Assembly: GCA_050303615.1 (NCBI GenBank)
Contig: JBNLCC010000119.1
Coordinates: 9,812-73,811 of the forward strand
Direction: 5' to 3'
Length of the DNA: 64,000 bases
Source: Methylococcaceae bacterium
Lineage (GTDB): Bacteria; Pseudomonadota; Gammaproteobacteria; Methylococcales; Methylomonadaceae
The notes beneath the pieces are model-generated. The model saw only the letters and a list, made by a program, of their open reading frames with translations, ran no database searches and was not told the DNA's origin. The position numbers and the translations under genes were made by a program. This document shows positions 1 through 9,606 of this stretch, piece by piece. Positions within the stretch are counted from its first letter, which is position 1. Every line of letters starts with the position of its first letter.

Positions 1-360
1 CAAAACATAGACGCCGACTAAAATGATGCCGATGCCGATCACACGGCCGGGATTCATCACTTCGCCAAAAAGCTGCCAGGCAGCCAGCGCATTGACCACG
101 TAGCCCAACGAAAGCATCGGATAGGCGATACTGACGTCGACCCGGGACAGGGCCAGGATCCAGATGATGACACTGAACCCGTAACAGAACAAACCCAGCC
201 AAAGATACGGTTCAAAGGCCAATTTAACAAACGCCGGCGCCGAACTGCTCAATTGCAGGCCGATTGCTCCCAGTTCCTTGACGCTGGCTTTTAGAGCCAG
301 CTGCGCCACGGCATTGAGCATAACACCGGTTAAAATAAGACTGAAACTGATTAAATTCAT
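1..360 (-). CDS. Small EamA/SMR-like membrane protein (ArnE/ArnF-like flippase subunit); C-terminus cut by window edge
   Basis: My own translation of the minus strand from ATG at 360-358 gives MNLISFSLILTGVMLNAVAQLALKASVKELG...AYPMLSLGYVVNALAAWQLFGEVMNPGRVIGIGIILVGVYVL, which is hydrophobic and multi-TM. It shares an ATGA overlap with the stop (357-359) of the upstream glycosyltransferase gene. Confidence 0.55.
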   Translation of the reverse strand, partial: MNLISFSLILTGVMLNAVAQLALKASVKELGAIGLQLSSSAPAFVKLAFEPYLWLGLFCYGFSVIIWILALSRVDVSIAYPMLSLGYVVNALAAWQLFGEVMNPGRVIGIGIILVGVYVL

Positions 361-2000
361 AGCCGTGCCACCGCTATATGTTTAGGATCTTGATAAATCA
401 AACGCATCGGTATTTTTTGCTGCCGCCATTGGTCATAAATCGCTTGAGGGAGTATCGCTATCGCTTGTTGTGATGCTATCCAATAAGGAACAAACTGTTC
501 AGAGCCGATCCATTTTTCCGGCTGCAGATCGATGCCGAACTTAAATTCCCCTTTAAAACCCACTAATTGTATTTCCTTTTCCAGGTAATAAGGTAACGAT
601 TGGTCGTATCGGTGAACACTGTAAATAGGCGTTCCTCTGTCCCGGTAAGGACGCAGCGCTTCCGCCATTAGCCGGCTGGATTTGATTGCGGTTAATGTCT
701 GCGTCCCCCATAAAGCGACCTGCAAGGATAACAGTGAAAAACACGCGGCGGCCATCGCGGCAGTCATCGTCTTGCCTTTCCAGAGCAGCATGAAGGCGGC
801 CGAAACCGCCATCAAGACCGCCGCTGTTATAATCCAGGGTCGTAACGATAAAAACAATTCCAGCGGTTTATCTTCCCGTGCCAAGTCGCCGATTCTCCAG
901 GAAAACACCAATATGGCGACGGCAAGACATAACGTCACCAGGCCATCGGCTTTTAAGGATTGATAGTGCGCAAGCCTACGACCCGCCAACCAAGCCAGCG
1001 GAGGAAACATCGGCAGAATATAAGCCGGCAGCTTGGAGTGCGAAATGGAAAAAAAGCAAAATATAAATAACGCATAAACCCACAGCAAACGGGTTCCGTC
1101 AAACCGGCCGGATTCCGCTATCCAACTGAAACCCGGTTTAATTAGCGCAGCGAGCATGGCAAAAAGCCACGGCATCACTCCCGCTGCCAACACCGCAAGG
1201 AAATACCAACTTGGTTTAGTACGGTTGTGAACATCCGAAGTGTAACGTTCAAAATGCTCGTGTATGAAAAAAAAATGCGGAAATTCAGGATTGGCTTGAC
1301 TGACTAACACAAACCACGGCGCAGTAATTACTAGAAACAACAGCAATCCTTTACCGAGGTGCAAATGCCGCCATAAGCCCCAATCGCGCTGCCAAAGGCA
1401 ATACAACAACACTGCCCCACCGGGCAATACCAACCCGATCAAACCTTTGCTCAGCGTGGCGCCGGCCAATGCAGCCCAAGCCAGCAGCATCCAATTGCGC
1501 ACATGGGCCGGTTGATTTCTGTTGTGCTGCGCCAATAACAATGCGCCGACAGAGACGGCCAGAAAGACAGTGACTCCCATATCCAGCGAATTACCATGGC
1601 CAAGCACCACATACAGCAGCGTACTGATCAAAATCAGGGAGGCATAATCGCCACAATTATCGCCAAACAGCCGGTTGCCTACGAAACGCACCCATAATAC
1701 GCCAATAAAACCCAATCCCGAACACCACACTCTGGCAGCGGCATTGCCTGTTCCCCATATGGCCATGCTGATTGCCGTCCCCCAGTATTGCAGAGGCGGC
1801 TTTTCAAAATATTTCAAACCGTTCAAGCGCGGCGTAAGCCAATCGCCGGAAATCAGCATTTCCCTGGCAATTTCGGCATAGCGCCCCTCGTCGGGGTCGA
1901 ATAAATCACGGTAGCCCAGTAATGAAAACCAGATCAGGCCGGTAACGATGATGAACAGATAACTGCTCAGTTTCTGACGATCGACTAGCTGCGCCATCAA
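357..2000 (-). CDS. ArnT/PMT-like (GT39/GT83-type) polyprenyl-phosphate-sugar-dependent membrane glycosyltransferase
   Basis: 547-aa polytopic ORF. The N-terminal DPDEGRYAEIAREM motif is typical of ArnT/PMT_2 proteins. It is translationally coupled to the small flippase-like gene downstream. Confidence 0.75.
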   Translation of the reverse strand: MMAQLVDRQKLSSYLFIIVTGLIWFSLLGYRDLFDPDEGRYAEIAREMLISGDWLTPRLNGLKYFEKPPLQYWGTAISMAIWGTGNAAARVWCSGLGFIGVLWVRFVGNRLFGDNCGDYASLILISTLLYVVLGHGNSLDMGVTVFLAVSVGALLLAQHNRNQPAHVRNWMLLAWAALAGATLSKGLIGLVLPGGAVLLYCLWQRDWGLWRHLHLGKGLLLFLVITAPWFVLVSQANPEFPHFFFIHEHFERYTSDVHNRTKPSWYFLAVLAAGVMPWLFAMLAALIKPGFSWIAESGRFDGTRLLWVYALFIFCFFSISHSKLPAYILPMFPPLAWLAGRRLAHYQSLKADGLVTLCLAVAILVFSWRIGDLAREDKPLELFLSLRPWIITAAVLMAVSAAFMLLWKGKTMTAAMAAACFSLLSLQVALWGTQTLTAIKSSRLMAEALRPYRDRGTPIYSVHRYDQSLPYYLEKEIQLVGFKGEFKFGIDLQPEKWIGSEQFVPYWIASQQAIAILPQAIYDQWRQQKIPMRLIYQDPKHIAVARL

Positions 2001-2269
2001 ATGCTAAATAACCTTAATAAATATCTCACCATTGCTCAATCGATATTTGGTTTAAAATATGCCGCCAAGCTTTAAAGCGAAGGGATTTGTTTTAATAAAA
2101 TTGCAATTATAACAAACCTGCCACGGAAATTATGGAATAAGACACCGGCCGAAGTATCGCCGCCAGTCGCAATAAACCTTGCCGATACAGGGACGCACCG
2201 GCATCATCATTATCCCTGATCAGCTAAACCGGTCAATACAACAAATTCTGCTGCGTTACTCCGGCCAGC

Positions 2270-3628
2270 TCAAATTCCGAATTGTTTCCTTTTGCGCCAG
2301 AAAGTTGCCCGGCTCATGCCCAGCATCCTAGCCGCTGCCGTAATTTTTCCATTACTTTGCTGCAAGGCTTGCCGAATGGCGTCCTTTTCATGTTCAGCGG
2401 ACTTCGGTTGCTCAATCTGCAACGTTTTCGGAGAAAGCAGCGGCTCCCGAAATTCCGGAGGCAATTCCGCAACACGCAACACGGTTCCACGCCCTACTGC
2501 AAAAGAATACTCAATCACATTCTGCAATTCCCTGACGTTACCCGGCCATGGATAGTCCAGCAATATCTGCATCGCTTGCGGGTCGATCCTGACAATCTGC
2601 CGAAAACCGTTTGCGTTATTTTGCTTGATAAAATGCCATAACAACAAACTGATGTCTTCCCGCCGCTCGCGCAACGGCGGTATATAAATCGGCACTACCC
2701 GGAGACGATACATCAGATCTTCGCGAAAGCGTTGCGCCTTGACTTCTTCCCGTAAGGAACGGTGGGTAGCAGCGACGATACGCACATCCACATCAATCGT
2801 GTTCGTTCCGCCGACCGGTATATAACTCCGTTCCTGCAAAACCCTAAGCAGCTTAGCCTGCAGTTCCAAAGGCAGTTCCGCAACTTCGTCAAGGAACAGT
2901 GTCCCGCCGTGTGCCCGTTGAAACAGGCCGCTGTGATCCTTGATAGCACCGGTAAAAGCGCCTCTTACATGACCGAATAATTCGCTCTCCAAAAGACTGG
3001 CCGATAATGCCGCGCAATTGATTGCCAAAAACGGCGCCTTGCTTCGGGAACTGAGGTCATGAATCGCCTGCGCGACCAATTCCTTGCCCGACCCGCTTTC
3101 ACCCCGGACTAACACGGTGGCTTCCGTTCGCGCCGCATTTTGAATCACCTGAAAAACAGAGCGCATCGTCGGCGAGCGGCTAAGTATGCCGTGAAAATTA
3201 GTGTGCTTTTCACTTGACGCGATGTCCGGCAGTCGATTCAACGTTGCAGCTTCCGCGACGGGCAGTAATACCAACATTGTACCGGAAAATACTTTTTCAT
3301 TATTAATCATGTGCTTATAATATCTATCCAGTTCGATGACACTACCGTCCGCGCGCGTTAACTTTATGGTTTCTAAAGCAAGCGGTTGCTGGTCATTAAT
3401 GCTACACTCTTTAATGACAGGCTGACCGAGTACATCGGTTCGGCTCAAACCGGTGATTTTTTCCGCTCCCAGGCTCCAAAGCCGTACTTTTTGTTGCCGG
3501 TCGACAATAATGACTGCGGCGGAATGGCAGAGATCAGCCATTTTGGCAAGCACGGCACCAAAATCAAATTGCTGCAGCCAAGCGGTCAAATCTGCAGCAG
3601 CAGTTTCATGCGGATGGTTTTGTTTCAT
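2270..3628 (-). CDS. Sigma-54-dependent transcriptional activator with N-terminal PAS-like sensor (FisR-like sulfide-responsive regulator candidate)
   Basis: 452 aa. It has the AAA+ Walker A GESGSGKE, the sigma-54 contact loop GAFTGA and a C-terminal Fis-type HTH ([22 protein letters not shown]). It is divergent from a sigma-54 promoter that drives the sulfide-oxidation genes. Confidence 0.9.
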   Translation of the reverse strand: MKQNHPHETAAADLTAWLQQFDFGAVLAKMADLCHSAAVIIVDRQQKVRLWSLGAEKITGLSRTDVLGQPVIKECSINDQQPLALETIKLTRADGSVIELDRYYKHMINNEKVFSGTMLVLLPVAEAATLNRLPDIASSEKHTNFHGILSRSPTMRSVFQVIQNAARTEATVLVRGESGSGKELVAQAIHDLSSRSKAPFLAINCAALSASLLESELFGHVRGAFTGAIKDHSGLFQRAHGGTLFLDEVAELPLELQAKLLRVLQERSYIPVGGTNTIDVDVRIVAATHRSLREEVKAQRFREDLMYRLRVVPIYIPPLRERREDISLLLWHFIKQNNANGFRQIVRIDPQAMQILLDYPWPGNVRELQNVIEYSFAVGRGTVLRVAELPPEFREPLLSPKTLQIEQPKSAEHEKDAIRQALQQSNGKITAAARMLGMSRATFWRKRKQFGI

Positions 3629-3652
3629 TTCTGTTTCCGAGCAACATAATCT

Positions 3653-3667
3653 TGTTTCAGTGAAACA
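3653..3667. promoter_or_regulatory. Palindromic candidate upstream activator site TGTTTCA-G-TGAAACA
   Basis: Perfect 7+1+7 palindrome about 95 bp upstream of the -24 element. Related TGAAACAT copies occur at 3673-3680, 3790-3797 and 3804-3811, with reverse copies at 3620-3627. Confidence 0.5.
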
Positions 3668-3754
3668 TTATATGAAACATTTAGCCGTTCACATACACTA
3701 AAATCACCATGCTATTTTGTTGAATATCCAACAGATATAGGTTTAAAATCGAAT

Positions 3755-3769
3755 TGGCACCGGAATTGC
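3755..3769 (+). promoter_or_regulatory. Sigma-54 (-24/-12) promoter
   Basis: TGGCAC-cggaa-TTGC has exact GG/GC spacing and is followed by T. It lies 64 nt upstream of the ATG at 3833 and is divergent from the sigma-54 activator gene. Confidence 0.8.
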
Positions 3770-3832
3770 TCTACACGATATCAATAAAGTGAAACATTTA
3801 TTAAGAAACATCATCCCTAACGGAGAGCTATC

Positions 3833-4921
3833 ATGATATTCAAACAATTATTTGATGAAGCAACCTGGACCTATACCTACTTCATCGCCGATCCGGTCAG
3901 CAAAGAAGCCGTTATCATCGATCCGGTCAATACCCATATCGATGAGTATATCGGCATGTTGCAGGAACAGGACCTGCAGCTGAAATATTCACTGGAAACC
4001 CACGTCCATGCCGACCACATTACTGCCGGCGGCTTGCTGCGCCAGCGAACCGGAGCGCAGACCGCCGTCAGCGGCCTTTGCGGCGCGGAAATCGCGGATG
4101 TTCAAATCCAGGATGGCGATATTTTCGAATTCGGATCAGGAGAACAAATCAAGGTCATCGCGACTCCGGGCCATACACCCGGCAGTATTTCGTTTTTATG
4201 GCGCGACCGTGCATTTACCGGAGATGCTTTGTTTATCGGCGGCTGCGGGCGCACCGATTTCCAGGGCGGTGATGCCGGCGCATTATATGACGGTATTACC
4301 CGGCGTTTATTTACCCTTCCCGATGAAACACTGGTTTACCCGGGACATGACTATCAGGGGCGATGGGTTAGCTGCATTATGCAGGAGAGAACCACAAACC
4401 CGCGCCTGGCCGGAAAAACCAGAGAAGAATTCATTGAAATTATGAATAACCTGAACCTGCCGCAACCGCGCTTAATCAACGAAGCGGTACCGGCCAATCG
4501 TTATTGCGGACTGGATGAAGAAGAACGCCAGGATGCCGTAGCGCGCAGAGATCTCAAGCAGCCGAAGCGTATGGCCGGCACCAGCGATGAGATGACGATG
4601 GCGGCTAAACAGCAGATTACTGAAATCGACGTCGCCAAGTCCAAGCAATTGATTGCCGAAGGTGACATTGTTGTTGTCGATGTCCGCGAGGAGAGTGAAT
4701 ATGCCTCGGGACACATTGACAATGCGGTGTTTCTGCCACGCGGTGTTTTGGAATTTAAAATCGGCACCAAACCCGAACTTGCCGACAAATCGGCCCCGGT
4801 ATTGCTTTATTGCCGCAGTGGCAACCGGTCCGCACTGGCTGCGCTAACTATGCAGCAGATGGGCTATACCAACGTTTTATCCATGGCCGGCGGCTATGAG
4901 GCATGGGTTAAAAGCGAATAA
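3833..4921 (+). CDS. Persulfide dioxygenase (ETHE1-like MBL fold) fused to a C-terminal rhodanese domain
   Basis: 362 aa. It has an ETHE1-like N-terminus (FKQLFDEATWTYTYFI), the metal motif HVHADH and a C-terminal rhodanese active-site loop CRSGNRS. Confidence 0.85.
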   Translation: MIFKQLFDEATWTYTYFIADPVSKEAVIIDPVNTHIDEYIGMLQEQDLQLKYSLETHVHADHITAGGLLRQRTGAQTAVSGLCGAEIADVQIQDGDIFEFGSGEQIKVIATPGHTPGSISFLWRDRAFTGDALFIGGCGRTDFQGGDAGALYDGITRRLFTLPDETLVYPGHDYQGRWVSCIMQERTTNPRLAGKTREEFIEIMNNLNLPQPRLINEAVPANRYCGLDEEERQDAVARRDLKQPKRMAGTSDEMTMAAKQQITEIDVAKSKQLIAEGDIVVVDVREESEYASGHIDNAVFLPRGVLEFKIGTKPELADKSAPVLLYCRSGNRSALAALTMQQMGYTNVLSMAGGYEAWVKSE

Positions 4922-5049
4922 AAATTAACGGATTTCTTACCGCGGATGGGTGTAAACTTAATGCCGTGAATTGTAACCATCGCTGATTTTCGTTAATACA
5001 ATAATTTCAACAACAATAATAATTTGTTTTTATCACTCGGAGGATATTT

Positions 5050-6303
5050 ATGTCACAAGAACACTATACAGTCTTGATAGTCGGAGGAGGAGCTGCCGGC
5101 GTTTCGGTGGCCAATAACATGCGCCGGCAAAATTCGTCCATTGATATCGCCATCATCGAACCGTCTGAAAAGCATTACTATCAACCCGGCTTTACCATTA
5201 TCGGCGGCGGGGCCTATACACTAAAAAAGACGACCAAGAACGAAGCCGACTTGATTCACCCCAGCGTAACGTGGAAAAAAGACTATGCGGAAAGTTTCCA
5301 GCCTGACGCCAACACGGTGACTTTGCGTTCCGGCGACACCGTGTCTTACGACTATCTGGTGGTATGCCCGGGCTTGCAGCTGGACTGGGATAAAATTGAA
5401 GGTTTGACTGACACGATCGGCAAAAACGGTGTTTGCAGTAATTATTCCCCGGACACGGTGGAATATACCTGGGAGTGCATACAAAACCTGCAATCCGGAA
5501 CCGCGCTGTTCACGCAACCGCCGATGCCCATCAAATGTGCCGGCGCCCCGCAAAAAATCATGTATCTGGCTGCGGACCGTTTCCGCAAAAAAGGCATCCT
5601 GGACAAATTTACCATTGAGTTCTGTAATGCCGGTCCGGGAATGTTCGGTGTGCCCTTCTTTGCCAAAGCTTTAAGCAAAGTGGTTGCCGATTACGGTATA
5701 AAAACCAATTTTAACTGCAATCTGGTCGCCATTGACGGACCCAATAAAACTGCAACCTTTGAAGTGACGGACAGCGAAGGCAACAAAGACAAAGTCAGCA
5801 AAAAGTTCGATATGATCCATGTTACGCCGCCGCAAAGCGCACCCGACTTTATCAAAGCCAGCCCTTTGGCCAATGAGACCGGCTGGGTCGACGTCAATGA
5901 CAGGACCTTGCAACACAACAAATATGGTAACGTATTCGGTCTGGGCGACGCCGGCTCCACGCCAAACGCGAAAACCGCTGCCGCAGTGCGCAAACAAGTG
6001 CCGGTAGTGGTTGATAATATCTTTAAATTGATCAACAGCAAAGCGGTTGCCGAAGGTTATGACGGTTACGGCTCATGTCCGCTAACCACGTCGTTAAGCA
6101 CGGTGATGCTGGCCGAATTTTCGTATGGGGGTAAAGTGACGCCTTCTTTTCCGTTTCTGGATCCCCGCAAAAACCGGGCTATCTGGTGGTGGGGGAAAAC
6201 AACCGGCTTCCCATGGTTGTACTGGCATTTAATGCTCAAAGGCTATCGCATCGATATTCCGCATAAAGAGTCCTACGCGCAAAAATTTACTCAAGACTCA
6301 TAA
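5050..6303 (+). CDS. sqr: Sulfide:quinone oxidoreductase, type II
   Basis: 417 aa. The N-terminal FAD motif is VGGGAAG. The cysteine motifs PIKCAGAPQKIMYL and GSCPL are typical of type II SQR. An RBS GGAGG lies upstream. Confidence 0.85.
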   Translation: MSQEHYTVLIVGGGAAGVSVANNMRRQNSSIDIAIIEPSEKHYYQPGFTIIGGGAYTLKKTTKNEADLIHPSVTWKKDYAESFQPDANTVTLRSGDTVSYDYLVVCPGLQLDWDKIEGLTDTIGKNGVCSNYSPDTVEYTWECIQNLQSGTALFTQPPMPIKCAGAPQKIMYLAADRFRKKGILDKFTIEFCNAGPGMFGVPFFAKALSKVVADYGIKTNFNCNLVAIDGPNKTATFEVTDSEGNKDKVSKKFDMIHVTPPQSAPDFIKASPLANETGWVDVNDRTLQHNKYGNVFGLGDAGSTPNAKTAAAVRKQVPVVVDNIFKLINSKAVAEGYDGYGSCPLTTSLSTVMLAEFSYGGKVTPSFPFLDPRKNRAIWWWGKTTGFPWLYWHLMLKGYRIDIPHKESYAQKFTQDS

Positions 6304-6342
6304 ACGATCGGTTTTGTTTTTTCGTAAAAAAGCTCCCGGTAA

Positions 6343-6480
6343 CCGAACAATTAGGGATTGATGGATAAAACGTAGGGTATGCATCGCATAACGTGCTTAT
6401 GCATTCAAAAATGGCGATTAACCGCAAAAGGTGCGTAATGCGTACCCTACCCAGCTATCCATCAGTTCAAAATTGTTCGG
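6343..6480. repeat. 138-bp imperfect inverted-repeat (REP/MITE-like) intergenic element
   Basis: The arms share ccgaacaatt, gatggata, gtagggta and gcat..cgca blocks in inverse orientation (6343-6395 versus 6431-6480). There is no ORF. Confidence 0.6.
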
Positions 6481-6536
6481 CTATCAGGTTAACGGGCCGG
6501 CTGCCATGAAGCATTATAATCTATCGATATTTTAAT

Positions 6537-8270
6537 ATGACATCGCCGCATTCAAAGTTGCCACGCTTGCTGCCGATCACGGCATGGCTGAAAAGTTACA
6601 GCAAAGAGGATTTTAACGGTGACTTGTTTGCCGGTATCATTACCGCCATTCTATTGATCCCGCAAGGCATTGCTTATGCCATGCTGGCCGGCTTGCCGCC
6701 GCAACTGGGGCTCTATGCCAGTATCCTGCCGCCGGCCGTCTACGCACTACTGGGAACCAGCCGAACGCTGTCCGTCGGTCCCGTTTCTATTGCGGCAATC
6801 ATGATTGCCAGCGCGCTAACGACACCGGAAATCAACGCCTTGGGAAATCCTGCGGAAAGCGCGGTGATCCTTGCTGCGGAAGGCGGTATTATCTTGTTGT
6901 TGATGGCCGTTTTGCGTATGGGCGGCTTAGTAAATTTCATTAGCCACCCCGTATTAACCGGATTTACCAGCGGTGCGTCAATATTGATCATCGTCAGCCA
7001 AATTCCGCATTTACTCGGCCTGAACAAGGCCCAATGCAGTTTCGATTATGCCTGCTATACAGATTATTTGTTGCTTTTAGATCCGTACACCGCAGGCATC
7101 AGCTTGCTCAGCCTTATGGTATTGGTGTTGTTTGGCAAGCCGTTAACCGCTTTGTTGAGACACATCGGCCTGAGTGAGGCATTGGTCACCGGCATCAGCA
7201 AGTGCGGGCCATTACTGGCCGTCGGTATCGCATCGGTTATCGTTTATCAGCTCGGCGCGTCCGCCCATACTATTAAAATTGTCGGTCAAATTCCTGCTGG
7301 CTTACCGGCATTGAGCATAGATTTCCTCGGCTCGGACAAATGGGGGATGTTATTGCCTTATTCGGGTTTTATTGCGCTGATCGCCTATGTGGAAAGTGTC
7401 GCAATTGCCAAGGTTACCGCTAACCTGCGTAAACAACGTATCGACCCCAATCAGGAATTGATAGCGCTGGGCGTTGCCAATATTGCTACGGCAGTTTCCG
7501 GCGGAATGTCGGTGGCAGGCGGGTTCAGCCGAACCATGGTGAACTTTACCGCCGGTGCCCGAACCCAAATGGCCATGCTGATCGCCGTCGTTTTACTGAG
7601 TGTCGCGGTCATCTTTTTTTCCGATTGGTTTGCGTATATACCGAAAGCGGCATTGGCGGCGGTAATCCTGGTTGCTATTTTTCCGTTGGTGCGTTTATAT
7701 AACATCGTCACCACCTGGTCATACGACAGCGGAGACGGTATTGCCGAATTGATTACCTTACTGGGGGTTTTAGCACTTGGCATAGAAGAAGGGTTGGCCC
7801 TTGGCATTATATTAACGGTGGTCAGTTTTTTGCGCAAAACCAGCCGTCCGCATATCGCTGTGGTCGGCCGGATCGCCAATACCGAACACTACCGCAACAT
7901 CAATCGACATCAGGTTGAAACCTGGACAAATCTGCTGCTGCTGAGAGTCGATGAAAACCTCACCTTCGCCAACGCCGGGTATATTGAGGACTTCATTCGC
8001 CGGCAATTAGCGAATCAAAAGGAAATCAAGCATATCGTGTTGATTTTTACCTCGGTCAGTTATATCGACAGCACTGCCTTGGAAGCCCTGGAAAACCTCA
8101 ATCATACGTTACAGGCATCTCAGCTGGTCATGCATCTGGCGGAAGTCAAAGGACCTGTCATGGATAAACTGGCGCAAACCGACTTACCGGAACAGCTTAA
8201 ACCCGGCAAAGTTTTTTTCCGAACCGATGATGCCGTCAGCGAGTTAGCTCAAAACAAGCCGTCTCCATAG
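6537..8270 (+). CDS. SulP-family anion transporter with C-terminal STAS domain
   Basis: 577 aa. It has a polytopic SulP core and a STAS-like tail (LLLRVDENLTFANAGYIED...SVSYIDSTALEAL). Confidence 0.85.
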   Translation: MTSPHSKLPRLLPITAWLKSYSKEDFNGDLFAGIITAILLIPQGIAYAMLAGLPPQLGLYASILPPAVYALLGTSRTLSVGPVSIAAIMIASALTTPEINALGNPAESAVILAAEGGIILLLMAVLRMGGLVNFISHPVLTGFTSGASILIIVSQIPHLLGLNKAQCSFDYACYTDYLLLLDPYTAGISLLSLMVLVLFGKPLTALLRHIGLSEALVTGISKCGPLLAVGIASVIVYQLGASAHTIKIVGQIPAGLPALSIDFLGSDKWGMLLPYSGFIALIAYVESVAIAKVTANLRKQRIDPNQELIALGVANIATAVSGGMSVAGGFSRTMVNFTAGARTQMAMLIAVVLLSVAVIFFSDWFAYIPKAALAAVILVAIFPLVRLYNIVTTWSYDSGDGIAELITLLGVLALGIEEGLALGIILTVVSFLRKTSRPHIAVVGRIANTEHYRNINRHQVETWTNLLLLRVDENLTFANAGYIEDFIRRQLANQKEIKHIVLIFTSVSYIDSTALEALENLNHTLQASQLVMHLAEVKGPVMDKLAQTDLPEQLKPGKVFFRTDDAVSELAQNKPSP

Positions 8271-8324
8271 ACTTCACGCTTCACCTGTAACATTGTTTGG
8301 ATGGCAAAAACCGAGGCGAGCCGG

Positions 8325-8768
8325 CTATTCCGGTATCCCGGTGTCGCGTTTCATCAGCACAACGTCACAGCGACAGCCGTGTAAAACCCCCATAGCTGTG
8401 GAACCAAGCACCTGCGACAATCCAAACCGCCCCTGATCCCCAACAACAATCAAGTCGGCCGATAATTCTTCAGCCAATTGTAAAACTTCCTTTTTAGGTG
8501 AGCCGGTTCTCACATAAAGGTCGCCTGGAGCAACGGACAGTTCCCTTCCTAATTGCTGCAACGCGTCTTTAGCATGCTTGACTCCTTCTGTACCGATATC
8601 CACCACCAAGGGAAAACCAAAGGTGGATATCGGTTCTATGACGTAAACAATAGCTAGTCTTGCACCACATAGGCGGGCCAACTGCATGGCTTTTTGAGCG
8701 ACGTTGTCGCCGGTTCGCACCAGATCCGTCGCCAGAAGAATGTTTTTATACATGGGTATTGCCTCCAT
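8325..8768 (-). CDS. Universal stress protein (UspA family)
   Basis: 147 aa. It shows the typical USP pattern (YKNILLATD...ADLIVVG...GSTAMGVLHGCRCDVVL). Confidence 0.8.
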   Translation of the reverse strand: MEAIPMYKNILLATDLVRTGDNVAQKAMQLARLCGARLAIVYVIEPISTFGFPLVVDIGTEGVKHAKDALQQLGRELSVAPGDLYVRTGSPKKEVLQLAEELSADLIVVGDQGRFGLSQVLGSTAMGVLHGCRCDVVLMKRDTGIPE

Positions 8769-8874
8769 TGCCTAATTTAAATTAACGATACGCATCTCAT
8801 GCGGACATCTGTATGATGTCCTGATTTATTGCTAATGACTGTGATACGATAGTCAAATTTATACAATAATTCAG

Positions 8875-9534
8875 ATGCACGCAAAAATGTTCACTGTAAA
8901 TGATTATTTAACCTTTAGAATTCATGGCGGTGCCGGCACACATCGTGGTGGTTTTGCCGATCAGCTGGGACATTTCCTGAAAGATCTGGAAACCTTGATG
9001 GCAAAAGATTCGGGAGAAATATTTAGTGTAATCATGCCGGGTTTCAACAGTCTGGCTAATATTCATCCTTTGCTGGTACATTTCCCCATTGCTTTTTTAA
9101 CGGCTTTCCTGGTATTTGACATCGCCGGGAGTTTATTCAGGAACCATGAGTGGCGCCGCTTCGCCGGCTGGTTTTTGTACCTCGGCGCCGCCAGCGCCAT
9201 ACTGACCGTTGCCGCCGGTTTTCAGGCCGCCGCCACCGTTGCACACAGCGACGCTGTTCATCAAATCATGGAGCGTCATAAACAGTACGCCATTACGGTA
9301 ACCTCTCTGGCTGTTTTTTTATCGGTGTGGCGCTTTATCGCCAGAGGCTATTTCGGCATTATAGCCAATATTCTGTATCTCTCATTGGCAGCGCTCATGT
9401 GCCTCATTATGGCATTAGGAGCGGATCTTGGGGGTTTGATGGTATATAATCACGGCGTTGGCGTTGCCGCAGTTAAGCAATCCAGTCACAACCATGACCA
9501 CGCTCACAGCCACGACCTGGTTCATACGCATTAA
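8875..9534 (+). CDS. DUF2231-like membrane protein with His-rich C-terminal tail
   Basis: 219-aa ORF with 4 predicted TM segments starting at IHPLLVHFPIAF. The tail is SSHNHDHAHSHDLVHTH. The true start is uncertain; an alternative Met lies at about 8998. Confidence 0.5.
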   Translation: MHAKMFTVNDYLTFRIHGGAGTHRGGFADQLGHFLKDLETLMAKDSGEIFSVIMPGFNSLANIHPLLVHFPIAFLTAFLVFDIAGSLFRNHEWRRFAGWFLYLGAASAILTVAAGFQAAATVAHSDAVHQIMERHKQYAITVTSLAVFLSVWRFIARGYFGIIANILYLSLAALMCLIMALGADLGGLMVYNHGVGVAAVKQSSHNHDHAHSHDLVHTH

Positions 9535-9606
9535 ATTGTGCAATGCTTTTTTTATAAAGCAATGATACAATTAAAATAATTGTTTATTCATTAGCAAATT
9601 AAACGG

